From positions 104,759-168,758 of the forward strand of contig JAZQJZ010000007.1 of assembly GCA_045541915.1 (NCBI GenBank): DNA of 64,000 nucleotides. The letters run 5' to 3'. Below, one piece after another: positions 56,188 to 64,000 of the stretch (its first letter is position 1; every line of letters starts with the position of its first letter). This DNA comes from Eubacteriales bacterium (GTDB lineage: Bacteria; Bacillota; Clostridia; Oscillospirales; SIG627). The position numbers were made by a program, and so were the translations under genes. The notes beneath the pieces were generated by a model. The model saw only the letters and a program-made list of their open reading frames with translations, was not told the origin of the DNA and did no database searches.

Positions 56188-57033
56188 ATGAAGATTATCT
56201 TTTATGATGTCGAGCATGGTAGTTGCTGTCACATTATAACACCTAACAACAAGCACATTCTTGTAGATGTGGGAAGCAAAAGAGAGAAAAGCGTTGTGCA
56301 TTATATCAGACAAAAATATTTTTCTACTAGAGTAGGGGCTGGAATAGATCAGCTTATTATTACCCATCCTCATGAAGATCATATATTTGATTTGCCGAAT
56401 CTAAGTAAGTATTTAAAGCCAAAAGTATTGCAACGTCCTATTGAGGCTTTTGACATTGTACCGTCTCAAGATACTGCCTTGCATCGTGAAATTGTGGCGT
56501 GTGCAAATCAAATGAATCGTGAGTATAATGCTCCAGTAAAAGCAGGAGAATCTCCTTTGGATCCTGATGTAAATGGAGGGGTGGAGTTTGTTGTTCTTGC
56601 TCCCAAGACGGAATGGACAACAAAAAACGATCCGAATACTTTTTCAAGTGTTATTGTGGTAAAAGCGATGGGATGTAAATTTGTTTTAACTGGTGATAAC
56701 CCATCGTCAATTCTGAGAAAGATGATGGATGAAAATTATAGAGAGATTAGAAAACACATAAAAGATGCTACGGTGCTTTTAGCCCCCCATCATGGTAGAA
56801 CAGGGGAATTCTGCAAAGAATTCTTTGAATGTGTTAATCCTTATTTGACTGTTATTTCTGACAAGGGAATTGAACACGGAACACAAGATGAATCGTCTCA
56901 TTTATATAAAGGAAAAGGCGCAAATTTGAATGGTCAAGATCGTTATGTTTTGACTACACGTAAAGATGGAACAATTGTTTTTGATATTTCAAATGATTGT
57001 TGTTATGTTGACTGTGGAAACGAGGGTTACTGA
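56188..57033 (+). CDS. stand-alone ComEC/Rec2-type metallo-beta-lactamase-fold protein (putative nuclease/hydrolase)
   Basis: HxHxDH motif ITHPHEDH, FVLTGD and LAPHHG motifs as in the ComEC C-terminal MBL domain. Upstream promoter TTGGCG-17-(TGG)TATAAT. Confidence 0.82.
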   Translation: MKIIFYDVEHGSCCHIITPNNKHILVDVGSKREKSVVHYIRQKYFSTRVGAGIDQLIITHPHEDHIFDLPNLSKYLKPKVLQRPIEAFDIVPSQDTALHREIVACANQMNREYNAPVKAGESPLDPDVNGGVEFVVLAPKTEWTTKNDPNTFSSVIVVKAMGCKFVLTGDNPSSILRKMMDENYREIRKHIKDATVLLAPHHGRTGEFCKEFFECVNPYLTVISDKGIEHGTQDESSHLYKGKGANLNGQDRYVLTTRKDGTIVFDISNDCCYVDCGNEGY

Positions 57034-57602
57034 TGAAAGAAAAAATACCTTTTTATAATATTGTGAATATGTTTTTTGTTGGTGCAGTGTTTTCTGTAGT
57101 GCTCTTTCTCTTGCTGTTTGAATACATTCCGTTGGAGAAGTTAAAAAGTGGTTTGGATTTTTTGTCAGGATGGAGTGTTTTTGTTTCCGGCGTGTTGATG
57201 ATAATTATGTATGAAGTCGGTTTTATTATTAACCGGATGGGATCAATTGTTATTGGAACTTTGTATTACTCGAAAAAGCTTAAGTTGTGGCCAAGAGAAG
57301 ATTATGGAATAGAAGTTTCTGAAATTGCCAAAAAGAATGAGAGATTTCAGACATTGATAACGGAACAGAATTTGATGCGAAGTCAAATTATGATGTGTTT
57401 GCTTCTGTCAGTTGTTGCATTATGTTTAAGAAAATGGCTATGGGTGGTTGGACTTGTTTCTTTGATAATAGTTTTCACAATTGGTGGGAGAATGCACAAT
57501 AAGAAGATTAATAGAATCAAAGAGGATTACAGTAGAAGGCAATTAAAAGCAAAAGAAGAAAGAATAAAAAATAAGAAATATCATGCCTATTGGGGCAAGT
57601 GA
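57033..57602 (+). CDS. 4-TM membrane protein with basic C-terminal tail, translationally coupled to the MBL gene
   Basis: TGATG overlap with the upstream stop. Hydrophobic segments at about aa 10-30, 47-66, 119-132 and 135-152. Tail KKINRIKEDYSRRQLKAKEERIKNKK. Confidence 0.7.
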   Translation: MKEKIPFYNIVNMFFVGAVFSVVLFLLLFEYIPLEKLKSGLDFLSGWSVFVSGVLMIIMYEVGFIINRMGSIVIGTLYYSKKLKLWPREDYGIEVSEIAKKNERFQTLITEQNLMRSQIMMCLLLSVVALCLRKWLWVVGLVSLIIVFTIGGRMHNKKINRIKEDYSRRQLKAKEERIKNKKYHAYWGK

Positions 57603-57631
57603 GAAAGTGGGAATACCCCACTTTCTTTTTC
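57600..57631 (+). terminator. intrinsic terminator after the MBL/4-TM pair
   Basis: GAAAGTGGG-aatac-CCCACTTTC followed by T5. Confidence 0.75.
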
Positions 57632-57749
57632 TATTCTCAACAATTTTTATGGTTGCTGAGAGTTTATTTTTTGCGAAAAATGCAAAATTTTGATTTTTTG
57701 TACCGTATTTTATAATATAAAATTTTTCAAAAGAAAGAGAGTTTATATT

Positions 57750-58076
57750 ATGAAATACAAAAGCGATTTAACTATCATTCACAACAAACTTGATACCTTT
57801 ACTTTCGATCAACTCACTACCTTGTTTCACATAATTTTCAAACTCAATTGTCTATGTGATTATTTTATGTCCGAAGAAACCCACCAACATTTTATTCTCG
57901 ATTATTACAGTATTCCCGATATCAGAACACTTGAAAGTTTTAGATACTTTATGATTTATTCCGTTATCAAATATGTTTCACCCTTTAAGTTTCACGATAT
58001 TTTGAGAACGATTGTATTGATTGAAAACGAAACTCCTTCTGATCAAATTATCAACACACTTAACCCGTCTTGTTAA
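57750..58076 (+). CDS. hypothetical protein (108 aa)
   Basis: ATG 57750 preceded by AAAGAAAGAGAG. Own TTGATT...TATAAT promoter-like sequence. No motif recognised. Confidence 0.45.
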   Translation: MKYKSDLTIIHNKLDTFTFDQLTTLFHIIFKLNCLCDYFMSEETHQHFILDYYSIPDIRTLESFRYFMIYSVIKYVSPFKFHDILRTIVLIENETPSDQIINTLNPSC

Positions 58077-58099
58077 CCACCCTGATGATTTTATAATAA

Positions 58100-58141
58100 A
58101 GAAATACGTTTACTCGAAAAACTGAGTAAACGTATTTTTTG
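58100..58141 (+). terminator. intrinsic terminator
   Basis: AAATACGTTTACTC-gaaaaact-GAGTAAACGTATTT followed by T-run. Confidence 0.8.
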
Positions 58142-58648
58142 CTTTGTTGACCGAAAAAAATCATGATCGAAGAAGCTGAACATTGACATTTTTTGACAAC
58201 GATATATTTTAGATTTAAGTACATAACATTTGCTAAAATAAATGAATGAATAAAAAAGCTAAACCTTTAGTTTCTACATTTTACAGAAAAGATTATTAAT
58301 ACAAAAGCAGTTTTTTAGCTTGCAATTCGACAAACTCAATATGGTTAGCACCGGCTCAATCGTTCAAAAACGGAACTTCTCTTTTATTTTTATTCAATTA
58401 TTAACTGTAATAATAGATCGTTTTCTCAAAATAGTTATTAAAAATCTTTGCTAAAAGATTTTTAATAATAAATATTATTTAATTATTATTATTTTTTATT
58501 ATTATTTATGTTTAATAATTGAACTAAAGATGCCCGAAAATCAACTGATTTGAATCAATTTTTCAACCATAAACGTTCAATAATTTGCCCATGATTCTGC
58601 CGCCCCAAATAGATAGCCCGCGCGATGCGCGGGCTTATAACATATGTA

Positions 58649-59098
58649 TTAAAAACTGTGTTGAAACGTACGAGTAGAAGAATCAGTTTCAATTTCTTCT
58701 TTTGACTGATTTGAATTTAATTGAAAATCTTGATATAGCCGATTTATTATAATCAAATCAAATTTGAAATAACGTTTTTTGGGAAGACCGTGATATTTTG
58801 TTTTGATGATCCCGTAAGATATGAGTTCTTTACACGCGGACAACTGTTGATGTTTACTGAGACCGGTGTTGTAATAAATGTTTTCAACCGTACTGAAGAA
58901 CCATCCGCCCGGATCTAATAAGTTTTTCTCTTTCCAGTACATGTATTCAGAGTAGATTTCCGATAACATGACCGCGGTGTTTAAGTTGAAAAGACGAATA
59001 AACGGTCGGGGGAGACGAATGAATTCTTGTGTAAACATTTTATCTAATTTTTTCATTTTAACTTTAGTAGATGTTTGAATTTTATTTTTATAAGACAT
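58649..59098 (-). CDS. hypothetical winged-helix-like protein, replication-initiator/replisome-organizer-like
   Basis: The pattern FIRLPRPFIRL...LNTAVMLSEIYSEYMYW...GGWFFSTVENIYYNTGLSKHQQLSACKELISYGII resembles the N-terminal wHTH of plasmid/phage Rep-organizer proteins. This is a similarity judgement only. Confidence 0.5.
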   Translation of the reverse strand: MSYKNKIQTSTKVKMKKLDKMFTQEFIRLPRPFIRLFNLNTAVMLSEIYSEYMYWKEKNLLDPGGWFFSTVENIYYNTGLSKHQQLSACKELISYGIIKTKYHGLPKKRYFKFDLIIINRLYQDFQLNSNQSKEEIETDSSTRTFQHSF

Positions 59099-59347
59099 CC
59101 ACTACCTTTCGAAATACCATACAGTAAAATATTTCAAATTTTTGCATTGCTCGGAAAAATAATCCTTTTTATCGAAATAAAATACCCGTGCTGAATTTCA
59201 GCACGGGATTTTCTATAAATAAGAGTATTCAAAGAAAGTTTGCGATTTTTGTATTAAAAGGGGCTTACGAACGGATAAAAACACGACATAATGGTAGTAT
59301 CGAAAGTGAGTTTAGTTTGTTTCAATACTGAAGGGAGACATTACACA

Positions 59348-60052
59348 ATGATTTATGGATATGCTCGTGTTTCAACTACACATCAAAGAATTGCAAGGCA
59401 GATTACAAATATCTTAGCTGTCTATCCTAATGCAACTATTATACGTGAGTTCTATACCGGAACCACCCAGAACCGGCCACATTGGGAAAAGTTTTTAACT
59501 CAGGTTACGAAGGGTGACACCATTGTCTTTGACAGCGTTTCACGTATGGCTCGTAACAGCGAAGAAGGCTTTAAGGATTATAAAACCCTTTATGAGTGTG
59601 GGATAAATCTGGTTTTTCTCAATGAACCCTTAATTAACAGTAGTGTTTTAGACGCAACAAAAAGTAAATTACTTAATGTGAAAATTGAAACCGGTAACGC
59701 GGCCGTCGATTCATTCTTTAAGGGTAATATAGAACTCATTAACAACTTCATATTAGCCATTGCCGAAGAACAAATAAAAGCAGCCTTCGATCAGGCAGAA
59801 AAGGAAGTTACCGATCTTCATTCACGTATTAGTCAAGGTATCAGAGAAGCCAAAAAGAACGGTACCCAAATAGGACTTACTAAAGGAACAACCTTGGTAA
59901 CCGGTAAATCTATTGAGAGCAAAAAAATAATAAAAAAGCATGCCGCCGATTTTGGTGGCACGCTTAACGATACAGAAGTAATGACACTTTGTAAGATTTC
60001 AAGAAATTCATATTACAAATATAAACGAGAATTGAAATCACAAACTGCCTGA
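59348..60052 (+). CDS. small serine recombinase (resolvase/invertase type)
   Basis: Catalytic N-terminus MIYGYARVSTTHQ and VFDSVSRMARN. C-terminal HTH (TLCKISRNSYYKYKREL). ATG 59348 with SD GGGAGA. Confidence 0.9.
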   Translation: MIYGYARVSTTHQRIARQITNILAVYPNATIIREFYTGTTQNRPHWEKFLTQVTKGDTIVFDSVSRMARNSEEGFKDYKTLYECGINLVFLNEPLINSSVLDATKSKLLNVKIETGNAAVDSFFKGNIELINNFILAIAEEQIKAAFDQAEKEVTDLHSRISQGIREAKKNGTQIGLTKGTTLVTGKSIESKKIIKKHAADFGGTLNDTEVMTLCKISRNSYYKYKRELKSQTA

Positions 60053-60056
60053 CATT

Positions 60057-60338
60057 TTATAAACTCTCTATAAACGCAATCAAAAGTTTCTTTTGTTTTG
60101 GTGTGAGCTTAGAAATCGCGATAGACAGTTCATCATTTCTTGTTTCTATATTAAAAAATTCTTGAAGTGAAATACCCATTGCGTCACACAGCAGTTGTAA
60201 GTGTCCCACAGTAATATCAGCTTGTCCAAGTTCAACTCTACGTAAATGTGTCTGAGACACCCCGGCTTTTTCAGCTAAACCGTTTTGTGTGAGCCAACAC
60301 CTATTTCTTAATTCAAGCAGTCTTTTACCAACATCCAT
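60057..60338 (-). CDS. XRE-family HTH regulator of the element
   Basis: HTH WLTQNGLAEKAGVSQTHLRRVELG. ATG 60338 with SD GGGGAG. Confidence 0.85.
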   Translation of the reverse strand: MDVGKRLLELRNRCWLTQNGLAEKAGVSQTHLRRVELGQADITVGHLQLLCDAMGISLQEFFNIETRNDELSIAISKLTPKQKKLLIAFIESL

Positions 60339-60351
60339 ATTACGACTCCCC

Positions 60352-60438
60352 AATTAGTCTTATAAGAATATTTTATCATAAAAATACTAAATATATTAGT
60401 TGTATAAGGTTGACTAATTAGTCTTATCGTGCTATACT
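60352..60438. promoter_or_regulatory. divergent switch region: two AATTAGTCTTAT repeats and a rightward promoter
   Basis: The 12-mer occurs at 60352-60363 and 60416-60427. TTGACT (60410-60415), 17-nt spacer, TATACT (60433-60438). The second 12-mer fills the promoter spacer. Confidence 0.6.
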
Positions 60439-60511
60439 GTTACTTAGTAAGTTTTTTACTAAATACTAAACGCACTTAGTTGCGATTTTATTATTGAAAG
60501 GTTGGTTTTTT

Positions 60512-61618
60512 ATGGGTTTGTTTGATAAGTTGAAAGAGGTTGTTGGAAATGCTATAGAATCAGGCATTAACGGTCCAATGAACGAAGAAGAAAAATGGTA
60601 CTACGACATGATTCTTAATATGCTTTTATGCGTAAAGAATCTGCAAAAAGAACATATTAAAGTCTTCATTGAGAAAAAGGCTAACAAGGTTTGCGATGAA
60701 GCAACGTTGGACAAAGTGCTTGAAAAATTCGAATCTGAAGAAGATTCTGAAACCGACACCGTATGGTATCGACTCACTTCAACACAAAGCTCGCGGGCAG
60801 ATAATAAAAATGGCGGAGCCTCTTGGTTTAAGAAAGAGGATTTCGAGTTTATATTTGACGGCTTTGCAGAGGAAATCCTTTCCAAATTTGCATCTGTATA
60901 CGAGGTTGTCAGAGAAAATCCTACTGAAGATATTTTGAAACAAGGAATTTCAAAAATAACCGGCAAGCTTTCTACCGACAAGCCGGGCGAATATGATTTT
61001 TCTTACGCTCAAAAGGCAGACGAAATCATAGGAAAAGAAATTCATAGGCGATTTATGATCGGTGACGGATTTCTTTCGCAATATTTTATTGATAAAGTAA
61101 TCGGCAGCTTGCAATATAATTTTGAACACGATCGCAAATACAAATATATTGATAAAATATATGCCTTTGCATTACATGCAATGCACTATGAAAAAGCAGA
61201 TAAAGCAGCAGAAAACTACGTTACACTCACAAAAGAAGAGTGCCTTGCTGCAGTAAATGCTTCTGAGATATATCAAAACAGAATCAAGAAAAAGCCTTTT
61301 GATAAGGAAGAAATTATCGATTCGGCTGTTTATAGAATTTCAAAAAGTTGTGTTCTTTTTGCTAGCGAACGCACTTGGGAAAGCGCGGCAATCGACGATA
61401 AATTAACGGATGCCGTTTGCTTCCAGGCTTGGCAGGAAATTGTTGATGCAATGGGCGAGAGTGCAGACAACGTAGAAGACGCCGTCAACATAATACATGC
61501 GTACATCAGCAATACATCGGATGGCGAATATGAAGAATCCGAAGATCATACTTCTTATAACTATAACATGCTCTCTGATGAACAACGCGAAGGCCTTGGA
61601 GTTGTAGATAACGACTAA
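60512..61618 (+). CDS. hypothetical protein (368 aa), acidic C-terminus
   Basis: Long ORF with AT-rich codon usage. ATG 60512. No motif recognised. Confidence 0.6.
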   Translation: MGLFDKLKEVVGNAIESGINGPMNEEEKWYYDMILNMLLCVKNLQKEHIKVFIEKKANKVCDEATLDKVLEKFESEEDSETDTVWYRLTSTQSSRADNKNGGASWFKKEDFEFIFDGFAEEILSKFASVYEVVRENPTEDILKQGISKITGKLSTDKPGEYDFSYAQKADEIIGKEIHRRFMIGDGFLSQYFIDKVIGSLQYNFEHDRKYKYIDKIYAFALHAMHYEKADKAAENYVTLTKEECLAAVNASEIYQNRIKKKPFDKEEIIDSAVYRISKSCVLFASERTWESAAIDDKLTDAVCFQAWQEIVDAMGESADNVEDAVNIIHAYISNTSDGEYEESEDHTSYNYNMLSDEQREGLGVVDND

Positions 61619-61634
61619 GAAAGGAGGAACCTAT

Positions 61635-61820
61635 ATGGCTTTTTACGGAAAATGGGAAACTTGGAAAATTGTTTATATCCCTAAAGAAATGAATGGTGGA
61701 GTAAGAGGTGTTGCTCTGGTTGAAGCCGGCGACCGTGGACACGCTATGCAGACTTTTAGGGAACAATATTCAGGTCAATACACAACTGTTGAAAGTTGTG
61801 AAAAGCTTTTTGACAAATAA
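61635..61820 (+). CDS. small hypothetical protein (61 aa)
   Basis: Strong SD AAGGAGGAA 6 nt before the ATG. Confidence 0.55.
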   Translation: MAFYGKWETWKIVYIPKEMNGGVRGVALVEAGDRGHAMQTFREQYSGQYTTVESCEKLFDK

Positions 61821-61855
61821 CACATCTGTGTTATCAAAATAAGGAGGAAAACAAA

Positions 61856-62059
61856 ATGGTAATTTGTACATCAGGAAATGCAGTCATTACAAGTGATAAC
61901 GGAAATATGATTCACTACAAGTATAAGTGCCCAAGCTGTGGATATGTTGACAGTCAAGAACATCTTTGTAGTGTTTCGAGCCGTACCAGTCAGATGTCTT
62001 CTGTTTCTTGCCCTAAATGTCGCAAATCTTACGGTGACTTTAAATTTGAAAGACGATAA
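61856..62059 (+). CDS. small zinc-ribbon protein (67 aa)
   Basis: CPSCG...CPKC pair. Strong SD AAGGAGGAA. Confidence 0.6.
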   Translation: MVICTSGNAVITSDNGNMIHYKYKCPSCGYVDSQEHLCSVSSRTSQMSSVSCPKCRKSYGDFKFERR

Positions 62060-62061
62060 AA

Positions 62062-62098
62062 ATAGCAGCGGCAGAAGCAAACTGCCGCTGTTTTCCTT
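62062..62098 (+). terminator. intrinsic terminator
   Basis: CAGCGGCAG-aagcaaa-CTGCCGCTG followed by TTTTCCTT. Confidence 0.7.
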
Positions 62099-62197
62099 AT
62101 GCTTTAAAAGTATCAAAAAAGTATCATTATTGTACAGGACCTATGTGCTAAATTAAATGCGATAAGCAACAATTTCTTATAAAAGGAGAAACTAAAA

Positions 62198-62698
62198 ATG
62201 ACGATTGAAGAAAAGAACGAAGCTTTATATAATGCAGTAAACAGTGCGTGGAATGATAGCTTTGACGGCTGGGAGGAATTAGATAAATCGGAAGACAATC
62301 CCAACGTATTTATTTTAGGGGAAAAGTATCCCGAAAATGGATTCATATTCTACCTTGCGGGGTGTAGAGATTTGTACGGTGGATGGATTTGGATTGAATA
62401 TGAACCTGAGAAAGACTTAGTTGGAGTATACATAAAAGATAGACCCATTCAACCAAAGTTCAAAGAAGATCTAAAAAATCTTTTTGAAAAATATTCCCCG
62501 TTCAATATGAAAGTGTCCTATGAAGGTAAATCGACTCCTGTAATATCGAGAATAGAAAAGGTTGAACCTAAAGATTTTGCGAACTTTTTCGGAGATTTTA
62601 AAAAGGCTTATGATGAGTATTATCCATTGTTTTATATGTTTACAGTCAGTGCTATAAAATGGTATGACGGATTTGATATTGTCGGTTGTGATTGCTAA
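62198..62698 (+). CDS. hypothetical protein (166 aa)
   Basis: SD AAAGGAGAA. No motif recognised. Confidence 0.6.
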   Translation: MTIEEKNEALYNAVNSAWNDSFDGWEELDKSEDNPNVFILGEKYPENGFIFYLAGCRDLYGGWIWIEYEPEKDLVGVYIKDRPIQPKFKEDLKNLFEKYSPFNMKVSYEGKSTPVISRIEKVEPKDFANFFGDFKKAYDEYYPLFYMFTVSAIKWYDGFDIVGCDC

Positions 62699-62732
62699 AA
62701 CGATAAATCACAGAATATTCGAAATATTTCCA

Positions 62733-62766
62733 TAAAAAATAACGGCACACTCTGCCGTTATTTTTC
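62733..62766. terminator. bidirectional intrinsic terminator
   Basis: A6-TAACGGCA-cactc-TGCCGTTA-T5. Confidence 0.8.
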
Positions 62767-62768
62767 TA

Positions 62769-63302
62769 TTATATCATACTATCAAACACCGTTTTTGCTT
62801 CTGACATTTCATTAGTAGTAAAAGCGCAGAGCCTTACATCTATTTGGTAATCGGGATAATCTAAAACGAATTTTTTATATGCCAATATGCATTGTTTGGT
62901 TGACACGGCAACCGGATTTTCCAAATCACCACCATATATACCCGAGCTAATCAACGGAAAAGAAATGCTATGTAAAAGATACTCTTTCAACACACATAAT
63001 GAATTATAATAGGCGTCAAAAAGTTCTTTAAATGCAGTAGGCTTTTCACCAAAATCAGGGCCAACGGCGTGAATAATAAATCGAGCATTTTTTATCTGAC
63101 AAGCGTTTGTGAGTACGGCGGAACCGTCTGGTAGCGGTCTTTTAATGTAAGAACAAGCTATCATCAAATCCACAATGTTAGCTCTTTTGAATATTTCACC
63201 ACATACACCACCGCCGGGCGCTAAGTTTTTGTTAGCAGCATTGACAATGGCGTCAACATTTTGATCGACACAGGATTCATTTAGTAAAACAATACTACTC
63301 AT
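62769..63302 (-). CDS. macro-domain protein (ADP-ribose binding/hydrolase fold)
   Basis: Motifs DAIVNAANKNLAPGGGVCGEIF, IIHAVGP and SFPLISSGIYGG match the canonical macrodomain signature. Confidence 0.88.
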   Translation of the reverse strand: MSSIVLLNESCVDQNVDAIVNAANKNLAPGGGVCGEIFKRANIVDLMIACSYIKRPLPDGSAVLTNACQIKNARFIIHAVGPDFGEKPTAFKELFDAYYNSLCVLKEYLLHSISFPLISSGIYGGDLENPVAVSTKQCILAYKKFVLDYPDYQIDVRLCAFTTNEMSEAKTVFDSMI

Positions 63303-63330
63303 TATAGTCTCCCTTATGTTAAAACATTAT

Positions 63331-63672
63331 TTATCTAATGCTTTCGATAGTGTCCTTAATGGTTTCGAAATCGCACTCGCAAGTTAAAAAACATTGATTC
63401 AAATCAAATATTAATGAAACAATTTCCTGATACAGATCGTGCAAGGGCGTTTCTTCCAAATCACTAATCCACCAGCCGAATTTGTTCATCTCAAGAAGCA
63501 AGCCACTAATTTCTTTAGGTACAAGTTTATCCTTCCCATACTTATCCAAAAGCTCAAACGTTTCTTTAAAAAGCGCACGAACCTTTTCATATCCGGGGTT
63601 TTCAAATTCAATTATTTTATCAATTGCGTTTTTCCATTCAGCAGTTAATTTCTTGATCTTTTGAATTTCCAT
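63331..63672 (-). CDS. small hypothetical protein (113 aa), helix-rich by eye, first gene of the macro-domain pair
   Basis: ATG 63672 preceded by GGAGAGGG. Ends 28 nt upstream of the macro gene start. Confidence 0.55.
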   Translation of the reverse strand: MEIQKIKKLTAEWKNAIDKIIEFENPGYEKVRALFKETFELLDKYGKDKLVPKEISGLLLEMNKFGWWISDLEETPLHDLYQEIVSLIFDLNQCFLTCECDFETIKDTIESIR

Positions 63673-63917
63673 ACAGCCCTCTCCTTGCAAATGTTGATTT
63701 TTTATATTATAACACATTATTCTTAAAATGTTAAACTTTATTTTTATAAAGTGTTGTTTTAATGAAATGTGTAAACTCTTATATGCCGATAAAACAGTTT
63801 GAAGGTTAGGCTTACGGTATGTTTTTCGATTTGTAGTAAATCTTGTGGTTTTCTTTTTTTAATGATATAATAAATAAAAATGATGATACAATTAGAAAAG
63901 ACATCAAGGAGATTTTT

Positions 63918-64000
63918 ATGGATGTAAACAGTGCTTATGCTTTGGGAGCTTTATACAACATTCAAAAGCAGCAACAACAAGATGAAGCGCAGAAAAAAGA
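63918..64000 (+). CDS. 5' fragment of an unknown ORF running off the right edge
   Basis: SD AAGGAGA 6 nt before ATG 63918. My translation: MDVNSAYALGALYNIQKQQQQDEAQKK. Confidence 0.35.
   Translation, partial: MDVNSAYALGALYNIQKQQQQDEAQKK

Larger units (their letters stand above)
53746..64000. mobile_element. AT-rich integrative element next to tRNA-Leu/tRNA-fMet; right end outside the window
   Basis: Abrupt visual drop in GC just after the tRNA terminator. Contains a tyrosine integrase, a serine recombinase, a Rep-like gene plus AT tract, two XRE-like switches and orphan cargo. Confidence 0.75.

Noticed and set aside
58342-58416. A 24-codon ORF (MVSTGSIVQKRNFSFIFIQLLTVI) considered as a type I toxin-like hydrophobic peptide.
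   Set aside because: No SD or convincing promoter precedes it, and it is a single occurrence in very AT-rich DNA where short ORFs arise by chance.
62769-63672. The macro-domain pair considered as a DarTG toxin-antitoxin system.
   Set aside because: The partner is only 113 aa and shows none of the DarT/DUF4433-like opening motif. DarG-type proteins also carry an extra C-terminal domain that is absent here. Kept as a generic macro-domain pair.

Overview
This is a 64-kb chromosomal window from a Clostridia-like anaerobe with low-GC Gram-positive style signals: AGGAGG-type ribosome-binding sites (SD), TTGACA-17-TATAAT promoters, a ctsR-mcsA-mcsB-clpC operon, dnaG-sigA, and an [FeFe]-hydrogenase hydCBA operon. 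All function calls come from motifs read by eye in the supplied translations or in my own translation. No database search or folding program was run, and composition statements are visual, not computed. Core content: ileS, tRNA-Cys, the clpC stress operon with two CtsR boxes, trmB, an RluA-family synthase, dnaG-sigA, an orphan solute-binding lipoprotein, envelope genes, carbohydrate genes (GH3, GH28, kinases, isomerases), hydCBA, a WYL regulator, psd-pssA-comFC, tRNA-Glu and a tRNA-Leu/tRNA-fMet pair. Two visibly AT-rich insertions sit beside tRNA genes. One is a 2-gene cassette at about 4.0-5.7 kb. The other is an integrative element from about 53.75 kb to the right edge, with its right end outside the window. 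That element carries a tyrosine integrase, a serine recombinase, a Rep-like gene next to an extreme AT tract, an XRE switch, a macro-domain gene, a ComEC-type MBL (metallo-beta-lactamase fold) gene overlapping a 4-TM gene, and several orphan genes. Structure not explained by genes includes a hairpin-module array at 3731-4000, a GGGAGGC-hairpin repeat family at 22.6-23.0 kb and 49.3-49.5 kb, a DnaA-box cluster upstream of dnaG, and a short non-T-box terminator leader on ileS. I found no CRISPR array, no rRNA and no defence system I can name. The best novelty candidates are the MBL + 4-TM pair, the macro-domain pair and the other orphan cargo of the element, the XRE-HTH::L-serine dehydratase fusion heading a 4-gene operon at the window centre, and the hairpin-module array. 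All are hypotheses needing homology, structure or experimental checks.
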